From assembly GCF_009914755.1 (NCBI RefSeq), contig NC_060928.1: a DNA stretch of 64,000 bases. One strand, given 5' to 3'. Below the pieces are notes generated by a model that searched no databases, was not told the DNA's origin, and saw nothing but the letters and a program-made list of their open reading frames with translations. Positions within the stretch are counted from its first letter, which is position 1; each line of letters opens with the position of its first letter. Origin of the DNA: the human T2T-CHM13v2.0 reference genome, Homo sapiens. A program made the translations under genes and the position numbers. Below are positions 44,080-56,250 of this stretch, piece by piece.

Positions 44080-44745
44080 TTTTATTTGAAAAATGTTTTT
44101 GAAATAGGTAATACAGCCAAATGGTTCCAAATGTCATGACTACTAAAGGGTCTCTAGTTGAAATCTCCCAGTCTCCCTCCTGTTATCCCTCCCCGCTTCC
44201 CCACCCACAGGTGTCCACCTGATCACATTTCCTGTGTTTCCTTTCAGCATTTCACCATGTTTCTTCAAGCAGAGGTGAATACAGATTGTTTTTAAATTGA
44301 GATAAAATTCATGTCACACGAAACTCACCTCTTTAGCCATTTTGAAGTGCCCTTGACCTCTCCCGCTTGTGAACGTAAGAGTGGGCACGGGAGATCTCCC
44401 TGCATCGGCTCCGACACATCCTTTTTCGTCCTTCCCATCCACACAGGTGCCCGGGGCTGCCTTGAGTGGTGAGCACCCCCGGCGATCCCCCCAGGCCCTG
44501 CTGGTGGATGCGTGGGTTATTTCTGGTCTCTGGTTGTTGTGGTGTTGTGGTGTTGTGGTGTTGTGGTGAAGGACTTTAGGCATCCCTCATTTCCCATGCA
44601 CAGCACTTCGATGGAATAGCTTCCCTGAAATGGGATCTCCAGGCCAAAAGGCACATGGGCTCGTGCTTAACTTGGCGGTTCTGCCCGTGCCCCACTGCGG
44701 GTGGATCATTCCTGCCCCCACGGGCAGTGCGTGTGGAGGTCTTGG
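44080..44745 (-). mobile_element. Highly diverged L1ME-like fragment(s)
   Basis: L1M 3'-end motifs 'ttttgaaataggtaatacagcc..atggttc', 'aattgagataaaattcatg'; the downstream part is collinear with L1M but GC-shifted. Confidence 0.55.
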
Positions 44746-47621
44746 AAAGCGGCTTGTTGGTGAACAAATTCTGTTCCTGCCCATCCTGCCTGCGCTCTTT
44801 CCCTCAGTCCCTGGCAGTGGAGCTTGTCTGGCTGGAGGTCTTCGTCCATGTTGGCTGGCGGGTGAGGTGGTCTCCAGACCAGTGTAACTCTTTAAGAACA
44901 GCTCCAGTTGGTGAGTGTGGAGTTACTGATGTGGAGTGAATTTGGCCAAATCCTGTGTGATCCCGGGACAGGCGAGGGTCTGAGTTGGGCCTGAGTGACG
45001 TGACCCGTACCAGCGAGGCATGTCTGAGACTCAGGCCGGCCACTGCCCGTGGGCCCCACTGATGGGACTTCTTACAGATTCCAGGGTCCATGTCCACACC
45101 TGGACGAGTACACAGATGGGGCGGGGGTGAGGAAAGGCCTCACCAGGAGTGGGTCTTGGCTTTTCTGAGTCAGCCTGCTGCTGATGAATTCACTCAGCAA
45201 TGATCATTCTGACACTCCCTGTGTGCCGGCCCTGGTGAGGCTCAGGAGATGGAGGTGTCTGAGGCTGACGCAGTTCCTCCCCTCCTGGGGTGCACAGGGT
45301 GGTCAGGGAAGGCTTCTAGGAGGTGGTGGCCTTGAGAATGAGCAGGAGGGAGGCAGTGGAGAAGTGAGAAAGGGGAGAGCATAGCAATCCAAGTATGCAA
45401 ATGCCTGCGGGGTGGGTGACAGAGTCAAGGCCGGAGCTCGTGGCCAAGGGGGTGTGTTTGGAGTGCAGTCCGCGGTAGTGAGAGTGGAGGGAACCAGACT
45501 GCTGAGGGATGGGAGGAGCCCCGGCTTCCTGATGAGGCTGAAGGACAGTGAGCAGGGGTGCGGGCCTCCCTCCTGGGGATGCCTTGCCAGGGTAGCCCCT
45601 CAAATGTGAGCGACGAAATGAAGCTTCTGCAGGCCTGGGGTGGGGCTGCCTGTGGGTCTGCATTTCCAGGAGCTCCCGGGAAGCTGCATGGCCAGTCCCC
45701 ACTGTGAGGGGGAGGCCCACGGCTGTGCAGCTTAGCCAGGGAGACCTCAGTGACACTGCGGGCTTTCAGGGGCCTTGGACACTGACCTTAAGTTCTCCCT
45801 TTTTCAATGGGGTATTGATTTTGGAGTTGGCAATCAACACTAAGTTCTTGCAGTCTTTTAGTAGTAGTATTTGGTGCTTTATGTGTATTGATTGACAACT
45901 GAATTGGGCCTGAGTCTGTCTGTCTTTTTGATGATTCTTGAGCCTCCGAAAGGCAGCCATGTGTCAGGCTGCTTCACAATCATTTCCCACTGGCTGTGTG
46001 GAAGACTCAGTGTCCTAAGTTGGAGGTGCTCAGAACGTTTCTTGCTTCTTGTCTTAAGAGGGGCACATTTGAAGAGGCGATGCCGAGTGCTCCTGAAGAG
46101 CAAACCTGGTAAAGACGAAGCTTGGGGGAACTGGGCGCTCATGCAGGGCCAGGGTTCAGGCTGGCTCAGAAAACCTCAGTGTGTGTCTCTCCAAAGGGAT
46201 TATTGCGCGTCTCTCCGTAAGGAGCTTGTACCCGGGGCCATTGCCGTGCTGCTGAATCAGGCCCCACTGCACAAGAGCAGAGGGAAGTGGCCCAGGGTCT
46301 CAGAGGAGGCACCGTGAACTTCCCTTGGATGGTGAATGGTGAACCTGACCCCCGGATTATGGAACAGCTGACCTCGTTCCTGGTGGATGCTGGTTACATT
46401 GGGGAAAGGATTTGGTGGAGCAGTTTATGAAAATGGTGTTTTAGAAACTCCCAGGGCATGTTATTAGGTTTGGAATTGAACAGATTTCATGATGTTTGGG
46501 GGTTCTAAAGGCATCGATCGGCTCTAGTTTTTGGAAGGGAGCAACTCCTCCAATTGACAGGTGGAGAAACCGCGAACTCTGCGAACTCAGAAACGTGCCA
46601 GTGACCACTCAGGGAGGAGGGGCTGAGCCTTGGGCGTCTATGTTCTGATTTCTGGTCTAAGTTTGTGTGGATGGACACAAAGACATGGGGAGACCCTCCC
46701 GCAGTCTCCAAGTTAGCACCATTTCTCAGATCAGGAAACCGAGGCTCAGTGAGCCTGGCCACCCTGCATCACACCCTCTTTGTTTTATTTTAATCCATCT
46801 GAGAAGTGCCCACTCTGCCAGGGCCACCTGGTAAGGACAGCATTGACCTCCCAGTTCATGCTGTTCACAGGTGAAGACGCTGACGACTTTGCTGCTGGCC
46901 CATCAGCCCTGGAGCTGAGACTTCCTCTGAGCCAGCCCCCTTTCCCCAGAGCAGCAGAAAGTCCTGTTAATGCCGTTGTGGGTCCGAGGCTGGTTAGCCT
47001 CGGCTCCCTCCCACTGCCGGAGCTTTGAGACGTAGCCCAGGCCCCTCATCTCCAGGCAAGTTGGACGGCTCAGCACAGAGCAGAGGACCCTCCTATGAGC
47101 CCAGCACAGGGCTTGGCACTGAGTTGTGTGGTGGAGGTGGGGCCGGCTGTGGTGATCAGGGGGTGGGGCTCCATGGCCGGCCTAGGGTCTCTCCAGGAAC
47201 TGAGTGTGGACTTCAGGGTTCTTTTCCTTCTGGGGAAGGGTACCCTCAGTCCCTCTGAGGGAGCGAGCAGGCCCTTCCCTGGAATAAAGCGAGAGTCAGT
47301 GGACGTGGGGGCTGGGCTGTGGATGTGGATCTACCAGGACCAGGGTCTGTCCCCGCCAAACCCTTTCTTTTCTCTGAACCTCAGTTTCCTTATTTCTAAA
47401 ATGAAGCAGTGGTGATGGCATCCTGAGTTCCTGTGAGCTCTGTTGTTGAATCTGACACACCTCCTTCCAGCCCCTCACCCAGATCCGCCCTCACTTGCAA
47501 GGGAGGTGGGTGCACAATGGGTGAATAAAATCGGGGTGCCCTGCAGACACACAGTCCCTAACCATTAGCAGGGCTGGAGGAGCGTTGAAACTCGCAGAAG
47601 CTAGAGGAGTGGCAGCTGCTG

Positions 47622-47772
47622 CCGGACCGGCCCTGTTATTTACAGGGTTCAGCACAAAGTGAAAACACAAAGCCCTCGTTCAGACATTCTCAAGAATTTC
47701 AAGACAGCAACAGCAGAGCATGAAACCAAGCTCAGGGGCTTCGTGGCTGCGCAGGTTGCAGACCTGGCCCTG
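47622..47772 (-). mobile_element. MER45A-like hAT DNA transposon
   Basis: 'aagaatttcaagacagcaacagcagagcatgaaaccaagc' with ggaccggc.../...ggccctg ends. Confidence 0.7.
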
Positions 47773-49119
47773 GTCCTGGCTATCTGGAACACTCCACGCT
47801 GTGGAACTCCTCGTGTGGGCTCTCACTGGGCTAAGGAAGGTGAAGCCTTGTGTCTCCCAGGGTTCTGGAGCCCGTCCCCTGAGGGTTAGGATGGACATTG
47901 CTGTGAAGGAGCCCTGGGCCTCCAGGACAGGGCATGTTCCCCACCCTTAGGTGTCAGGAGGAGCGGGTGATGGGCTCTGCGGGGAGCCCCCGGACATCAG
48001 GGGCTTTGGGGTTGGCTGGGACTGGGCCTGAAGGACAGGTTCTCCCTCCTGTCTGCATCAGCTGCTGTATGGATGCTCATTCATGTCCTCATGGACTCAC
48101 CCACTCATTGATTTACTCAAGGAAAGACTGATGGATTTTTCCGCTCTGTGCTGGGCTCACGGGGGTTTAGGGGTGGGTGAGTCCCCACTGTCATGGAGCT
48201 TACTGCCTGGCAGCCTCAGGGGCGGGCAGGTTCGGGAATTCCAAAGAGGCTGAGGTCTCCGCCTGGGGTCCCGGGTTGACCTTTCAGGGTGCAGGGCTGC
48301 TGGGCTGGTCCTGGGTGGTAGTGCATCGGAGGAGCCCTGGGCATCTGCTTGTCCCGTGCTTAGGAGGCAGGCATCACAGAGGGGGGAGGGCAGCAATGAA
48401 GTGCAAACCCATAAAAGCCCTGGGCCTGGGCACAAGAGCTCCTGGCTCTGCTGTGTGCGATGCCACAGGTCACTGGGCGGTTCTGTGCCTCAGTTTCCTC
48501 AGCCGTAATGTGAGAACAGTAATATGGGCCCCTCCCAGTCGGGGGGGGGGGGTGCTGCGAGAGAGTGGATGAGTCGATGCTTGTCACAGGCTGAGCTGGC
48601 ATAGATTTGGAACCCAGCACCCTGGCTCCCTGGCCCATTTGGTGACATGGCTTTGGGAGAATAGGAACAGATTCGTGCACTGCCTTCCCCACGGCCGGGA
48701 GGACGGGAGGCAAGAGGATGAGACGTGGGGTGATGCGTGCATCCTGACGAGCCTTTGAAGTGATGAGTGGCAGCCGCGGCCGACCTCTTGTGGACAGCAG
48801 TAGCTCTTCTTTCCTCGTCTGTTGCTTGGACATTCCTGGCCGTCTGGGAAAGATCCCTGTGGGCTGCGGGCTCAGGCAGCCTCTGGATGGGAGGAGACCC
48901 TTGGCAATGGCCGGAGCTGTGTGGCCCTGACTCACATTCCCGATTTTTCTCCCACCCAGATCAAAGAGCCCCAAGGCTAACACGTCAGCCACTGAAAAAA
49001 ACTGTCCCGGGGATATTTCATTTCCAAAGCTGTTAGCTGAGGGCCCCAGAAGGGCATGTCGTAAGTGTTGGTTCTTTGAAACTACTTTTAATGGAAGTTT
49101 CTTCTGAAAACACAGGCTT

Positions 49120-49390
49120 TCAGTGTGGCAGTGAAGAGCCCAAGCTTGACGTCGAATTGCCTGGGATCAAATTCTAGCTCTGCCGCTTGCTGAGTGTGTA
49201 GTTTTTGGCAAAATATTGAAGCGCTCTCTGCTTTAGTTCCTTCATCTGTAAAGCAGGGATAATAACATGTGGCTCCTGGGGGCATGGGGGCAGCACCTCT
49301 TCGGTATCCCTGGGGCATTGCGGGGGTTGCTGTAACTGTGGGGCTCGTCGGTGGCAGGGCTGAAACCAGTGGTTATTAGCTATCATTATT
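49120..49390 (+). mobile_element. MIR SINE
   Basis: 'cctgggatcaaattctagctctgccgctt...ctttagttccttcatctgtaaagcagggataataac'. Confidence 0.75.
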
Positions 49391-51893
49391 CTGAATGACG
49401 ACGGCTCCTATGGCTTATGGGTCATTTCACGTTTGCTACTGAATATTTAATCGTCACCGTGGCATCATCATGGACTGGAAAACTGAGCTGTGTTGAGGTC
49501 GACGGTCTGCTAGTGCAGAGCCAAGCGTGGAACCCGGGTGGTCTGACCTCACTTCAGGGTCCTTCTCCTTGATGACTGCCGAGTCAGGTCCTTCTCCTTG
49601 ATGACTGCCGAGTCAGGGCGTGGTGGGGCTGCCTTGCTGTCTGGCTTCTCCAGCACTGGCCCTTCCTGGGCGACCTCCTTGTTTCAGCCCTGGGCAAAGC
49701 CAACCCCGCAGGAACCCAAAGTCCCATTTGGCTTGGTCGGTTGAAGCCAGTAGAACGATTCTGTCCCCAAGACAGAGTGGAAGGGGGTCCTCTTGATGGA
49801 AGGAGTGCGGTGGTGGTGGGGAGGTGGGCACTGGCCTCTGCCCGACTTCACTGCATAAACGATCCTTCCTTTGGGTAAAGTCACCTGTATTTCTTTCAGT
49901 GAGTGGTGTGAGTGCTTGTTATATGGCAGGTGCTGTGCCCCGCACTGGGGAGATAAATAAGGTCCCCACCCTTAACAGTTTATCCCTCAGCAGTAGAAGC
50001 AGACCCTGTGAGCTGTGTGGGGTTGCAGGGAGGTCCGGCAGGGTTGGAGGGGGGGTGTATGGAGGGGGCATTGAGCCCAGTGTCGGGGGCCTTCCTGGGG
50101 GTGGTGTGAGTCAGGCTGAGATCTGAAGGTTCAGCAGGAATTCACCGAGGAAATAGGGCTGGGGGATTTGGGGAAGAGCATCCCAGGGTGAGGAACGCCT
50201 TGTGCAAAGGCCCCCAAATGCTGGGGTTTAGAATGAGGGGGTGGACTGGTGGGGACTCTCCCCTCGAGGGAGGGGGAGGAGGAAGCAGTCTTGCTGGGTG
50301 ATTGGGTGACTGTCCACAGTGGCAGAGCTGGAAGGTACAGGCAGGAGTGACGGGGATGTGAAGCCAGCCTCACAGCAGGGTGCGCCCCAAACCCAGCAGT
50401 CTGCAGAAAGGCAGGGTGCCCTCCAGAGCCGAGCTCCACCCCCCGAGGCCAGGGCAGAGCCTGGATCTCACTGCTCCAAGATCAGATTGGGAGGGGGCAG
50501 GGATTTCCTCCTGGATGGGGCCGGATCAAACAGACTTTGAGGTCCCTTCCAGCTGCCACTCTAGGCTGTACAAAATCCCCTCTGGGAACAGCGTGACTAT
50601 ATCAAATATGAATCAATGGGTTAAAGTCCACACCCTGTCAGCTCCCCACTCCTCGGAGGGACCTGGCTCTGACGGCAGGCTGTGAGCTGACAAGAGAAAA
50701 TCGCTTTGTTCCTGAGCATGGCATAGCCAATCTGGCCTTGATTGACAAGGCCTCGCTTTTTTAAATCATCGCCGCCTGTAAGATGCACACTGTCCCATCT
50801 CGGGCAACAGCCCCTCCTCATGTCCTCCCTGCTCAAATCACCAGGGAAAGAAAGATACTAGGTCAGCCCAGCTGCCATCTGTGGAAACGGCACCTTAGGA
50901 CCGAGCGCAGGGAGCTCTGCTTCCACGGAGGAGCCCGACCGTTGGGGATGACCAGGGTGGTGACCCCAAATAACGAGGCTAACAGCTGCTCCAAAACCCA
51001 AAGCTGTTCCCATCTTACCTCCCGGGGGCTACCCTAGCCATGGGAGTGTTAGGAACAGCTAACAGGGACTGGCAGTGAGTGAAATGAAATTTGATGTACA
51101 TGAAAACGCAGTGGCTGGTGCAGTAATTGGGAAAATCTTTTTCCCATCAGGGCCGGTGCATCCTTATTCCCCACCCCCCAACTTTTTTTGTTTACACAGT
51201 TATTTCAAAAGACAGTTAGGTGCTCCTAAACACTTTTATTTTCATTTTTATAAATAGTTGCATTTTCTGCACAGGCCTGAAATGCAAACAGCGTGGTCAG
51301 GTGGGGCCCCGTGTGTGATGAATGAATGAATGAATGAATGGTCTCAACAACAAGAAAAACGTGTGTGCGCCACAGAGGACTCCTGGGCCCCCAAGCATCT
51401 TGGCTGTGCCTCCCCAGGCACCACTCCAGGACAAGTAATGACAGACGGACCACAGGGACCTGCTCTGGTCTTGGGTGGCAGCCCCAGCAGCTGTTTCCAG
51501 CAGGCTTAGGGGATCCTCTAACGCGCTGGTGGAGACAGAGCCCTGTCTCCAGAAGCCTTGCCAAATGCGCTCCATCCTCACATAGGGACCACTGCCCTGG
51601 CACTCCCTTTGCCACAGTTTGGGATTGTCCAGGGCTGGGTTTGAATTATTTCCAACAAATGGCAGCTACTGTGTGGATGTCACTGGATTCAGATGTTCCC
51701 AGAGTCATTCTGCAGAGCACAAGCAAGTCCTCAGAGCAGAAATAAGCCCACGTCTAAGGGCTCTCATGTAGGGTGGCCCAGAGCCTCTCAGGGATACTGA
51801 CTAAGAGAGGCCCCTGGGCGGCTGTTATTTAGAGACCCCAAATTCTGGCACGGAGTGGTGTCACTGTACCTCTCTTTGAGAACCTTGGCACCC

Positions 51894-51930
51894 ACTGATT
51901 TCTGCCTTTTACTTTCTGTTAACACCACAG
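51894..51930 (+). promoter_or_regulatory. SORCS2: 3' splice site of the SORCS2 exon (branch point, polypyrimidine tract, CAG)
   Basis: yTnAy 'ctgat' at 51895-51899, then 'ttctgccttttactttctgtt', then 'cag' ending at 51930. Confidence 0.8.
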
Positions 51931-51998
51931 GTGATCTTGATCCTGACGAAGTACTACCACGCAGACATGGGGAAGGTTCTGGAAAGTTCTCTGTGGCG
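51931..51998 (+). CDS. SORCS2: SORCS2 internal coding exon (exon 2), start of the VPS10 domain: VILILTKYYHADMGKVLESSLW-R(split)
   Basis: cag|GTGATC...TGGCG|gtaagt, 68 nt, phase 0 to phase 2. The peptide matches the SorCS-family motif VILILTK...ESSLWRS, and YYHADMGKVL is the SORCS2 version as I recall it. Confidence 0.95.
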
Positions 51999-54900
51999 GT
52001 AAGTCAGCCCGATGGCAGGCCTTTCTCTTATGCACCTGCGTGCCATCTTCCCAGGCTCTCAGCTGAGGACCGAGATCCAAACACCTCACTGTGGCAGCCC
52101 CTGTGAGTCGGTGGCCTCGCAACTTTTCTTTGGCTAGAAAATGCATAAAGGAAAAGTTGAAAGTAGCTTAACAGTTTGGGCAGTGGGTATAAACTGCACT
52201 GCAGAATAGACAACTGTTCAGAAAGCGTCTTGGCTTTCTTTTCTTTCTGTTTTTCTCCCCGCTTCCTTTCTTTCCTCCCCGGAGGAGGAGGGTTTGCATT
52301 GTGAATTCAGGTCAGTGCACAATTTCCCTTCACTTGTGCTCAGAACTTCACACGCAGCTCCTGGAGCCCACCAAAGGCTCTGATTATCCTCATTGTTTGG
52401 GCGTTTTTCTTTCTTCCAGGCTTAGCCAAAGAGCTTGGTAAATAAATAAGCCACTGGCGATGGGGGATATCTCTTTATGTGTGAAATGTGAATTCAGTCC
52501 AGGAACATTAGATTGCCCCTTTGATGTTTTAAATGAGATGAGAAAGAAGGAGGATTTGAGAACCCATTTTGGTTATCATCCTCCTCAATATTTACATCCA
52601 CTCACCCAGGAAGGGTACAGATGGTCCCCAGCCTCTGGGCTGTGGTTTCAAAGCTTTTCTCCTGCAAAAGATTCTCTTTCTTCCATGTACCGATTACCAC
52701 CTCCATGTTCTCTGGGTGTGAAACCATTTTGGTTTCCAACATATGTTTCTCAAGTAATAATTAATTCATTTTTTCTATTTGAAATCCATAAAAAGATGCC
52801 TCTACCTGCTGATCAGGACCTCGAGTTGGTTTATTTTCCATTTTTGGCTTTGCTTTTAGCTAAGGGGTTTGGTGATTCATTCTGTTGGTTCTTACGGAGG
52901 GATTTCTGCAATGCTCTGGGAAGTTGTTGAAACATGTCTGGAGTTGGGTTCTTTCTTTGTGGTAGAAGGAATGGCATCACCTGGAGCCCACAGGCCTGGT
53001 CATCTGTGCTGCTAAATGAGGCCAAGCTCAGGGTTTAAGACACTCACAGTCCCCCGAGTAGTCCTCAGCCGCTCCCAGCAAAAACGCTTTTCCTAGAAGC
53101 TCTTCTCGGTGTGGATTCACTCCCCAGACCCACTGGTCTCTTCTAATTCCGTCGTCACCACCAGAAAACGGGGGGTGAGTGATGGGTCGTATCCCTGTGT
53201 AGAGGACAGATGTTCCCTGCCACGGCCCCCCGTTGCTTTGTGTGCTGGTGGGGTTGCTTTAAAAATGTCTCGTTCCTCCGGTGCTGGGCTCAGCAGTGTT
53301 CACTACTTCGAGACGAGAGCAGAAAAGTGTAAGCTCCGTGGGCCCTGTGAAATGTCATTGCTGCTCTTTGAAAATGTATGTTCCAAGGCAGGTTTTGGAG
53401 GCAACACTCCTGGACAGGGCAGGCCCAGGGAGGGCGCCTTCACTGCTGGGCAGAGGGTCTCAGGGTGGGTTCCTCGGTGACAAAGCGGACGGAGATGGTC
53501 AAGTCTTCTTCCAGCAAAGGCCCTCAGTTAGCTGATTTGCCCCAACTCCAGTATGTCTGTCAAGTGCTGGGCTGCAGTCCTCCTTGGCATGGAGGGATCT
53601 GCCTGGGGATACCCGCCTCACAAGTTTCCAGAGTACCCGCTTCCCTCCCCTCACTGCAGCCTCTCAGCATGGCTGGATGTGGAGGCAATGAGACTGTGTG
53701 AAGTGTCTTCTGAACAGGGAACGATCTTTTCTTTCCCGGTGTGATCTGCACTTATACGACGGAGTTGCCGGCTTAGTTTACGTTTGCTGGAGTCCTTGTG
53801 CGGTGGGGGTGGGGTGGGACTGACTGTGTCTGGCCCCCTGGCATGGGGCCCAAAACCACTTACAGGCTCCAGACAGGATTCCTCAGAAGCAGGTGGCAGC
53901 AGAGAGGCCAAACCACCCACTCACAGCTGCTCCAAGGGTGGGGTGGTGGGGACTTCCTTCTGCTCCAGAGAGCCTCCGTCTCCATGTCTGTTAAATGGGG
54001 ATAAGATGCCCCTGAGGGGAAGTTGTGAGAACTGAATGAGGAAATGTGTGAAATGTCCCTAGAACAGTACGTGATCTAAATTCAGTTTTTCTCCAAAGCA
54101 AATTGACAGATTTTAATTTTCCGTGTTCCCTTCTCATCACTGTCTCTATACCCAGATGTTTCTTCGCCTTTATTAAAAATGCTTGCAGAGACATTAGTCA
54201 TCTCACCAAAGTTCACCCACATCCCTACCCATCGGAGCAATTACTTTCTTTGTTTATATTATCTTTTCTGATGCTAACATATTTATATAGGTAGAGACAC
54301 AGAATGCAGTTTTATATTCTTTTTATCATTTATAAAATATGTTTCTAGTTTTTCCATGTAGTGACAGGGTCTGCGTCATCATTTCTTTTATGGCTGTTAC
54401 GAGCCCCTGGAGTTGGTTCACTCTAATACTTAGCTGTCCCCTTATTGATGCTGCCATAAAAAATTTAAGCAGGTAGTTTTCATTTTCATTTTGTTCCCTG
54501 GAATGAATCAGTTACATGACTGAGCCAGGGAGTGTGAATGGATTTACAGCTGGTGCGCAGTGGCATTCAATTCTTCCTCAAGACGAATGTGCATTCCCAC
54601 CTGGGCAGTGCCCTGCATCCTGCTGGCGACTTTTCTAACTCCTGCTCATTTGACAGGAGGAGCTGAGGGCAGGAAGGGGACGGCATCATTGCTTTAATTT
54701 GCTTTTTTTTTTGTTGTTTGTTTCCTAGTAAGGAGGAACAGTTTTCTGTTTTAATTACTACTCACATTTTCTCCTTTGCACATTACCTGCTCCTGTCCTC
54801 ACCCTCTGTTTTGGGACTCACGCCGGAAGATGGTGCTAAGAGTTGAGAGCTTGCCATCACTCTCTCTTCAAGATGCTGCTTCCTCCCACCCCCACCCTCT

Positions 54901-55529
54901 GTCTGCATTTGAGGCCCCTGTGGATGGAAGGCTGGCGGTGCCCTCGTCTGGAGAGCACATATTAAATAGGGCTATTAAAGACACAATTAATGAATGTGCA
55001 CTGAGTCTCCTAAGAATCCTTCTGTGTAATTGCAATAAATACACTTTTAATGACAAGTATGGTCTTTTCATTCTGAAAGTGGCTCGAAGCTGAATGTGTT
55101 TTTAATTGTCCTGCATTTGACGGGTCGCATGTCAGCGGCACCCCCTCCTGGCTTCCCTGATGATCCAGTGCTCTGCCCCTTTCTTCTTGTGGTGGTGATG
55201 GGGGTCTCCTGCTCAATCTCAGGCCCCCTTGAATCGGTGCAAAAGGCTGGGGGTGAGGAGGGAAGCACCATTCTTCCCTGGAAAGCCCCTGGTTGGCATC
55301 AGGGTTTGAAGTGTGCAGGGCGTGCTCCTCCACGTGGTCTTGCCCTCACAAGCCACAGAAGCCACAGAGGGTTGAGCAAAGCCCGATGTGTAGACTGCGG
55401 GGTCTCACCAGAGGCACAAGAAAGTCACTTAGAAAAGCCCTTATAAAGTGCTGCAGTTTGGGCCAGCCAGGGAAGGCGTGAGTTCAAGGTAGGTCCTCCC
55501 AGAGGTTTTCCCCGGGAGAGGATCTGGTA

Positions 55530-55703
55530 CAGCACTTCTCAGACTCCACGGGCACTCGAATCTCCTGGGATCTTCCTGCAAGGGACACATGGTCAGATTC
55601 CACCGGTCTAGGGTCTGGAGGGCAACCCAAGACTTTGCATTTCTAACAAGCTCCCGAGTGCTGCCCATGCTGCTGGTCTGGGGACCACACTTCAAGTAGC
55701 CAG
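55530..55703 (-). mobile_element. MER5A hAT-Charlie DNA transposon
   Basis: 'tttgcatttctaacaagctccc...tgctgctggtctggggaccacactt'. Confidence 0.85.
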
Positions 55704-55724
55704 AGGTTGGGCTGGTTAGGACCG

Positions 55725-56250
55725 AGGTTTAAAATCCTTCCAGGGTACTTGAAATAACATACAAGCCATACCCCCTGCAAAAACCCCACCCCCGGCTCCT
55801 ACCCCATCCCCAGTCTCAGCTCCTCCCACTCTACCTCTTACTGTTCAGTGTCCAGTGACAGTAGCCTCTTGGCTGACCCTGGACTACACTAAGCTCAGTC
55901 CCTGTAAGGGCTTGTGCATGCTACGGCTGCTGCCTGGAGTGCATGTGGCACCAACCCCAGGTACTGGGTCCTGCCCCCCATTCAGTCTCCCCATAAACCT
56001 CTTTTCTTCAAAGAAGCTTCCCTCACTACTCAGTGCAAAGAGGCCCCCAGGCATTCTTTATAACCTCTCTCATTGAAATGTGGGAGTTCCTGTTTATGGT
56101 TTGCCCCACCACCACCACCACCACCACCACCACTAGAACATAGGCTGGTTGAGGATGCGAGGATGGAGACCTGCCAGGTTTATCTTATTGATCACCAGAT
56201 CCCTGGAACCAAACTCAGATCTGGCATAGGAGATACATGTTGGGCATTGG
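55725..56250 (+). mobile_element. L2 3' portion with internal (CCA)n
   Basis: 'tttaaaatccttccag', 'aagggcttgtgcatgct...gctgcctggagtgc', 'tctggcatagga'; runs into the TGGA tract. Confidence 0.6.

Noticed and set aside
51855-52106. 83-aa ORF overlapping the real exon
   Set aside because: Wrong frame. The true reading is VILILTKYY..., bounded by splice sites.
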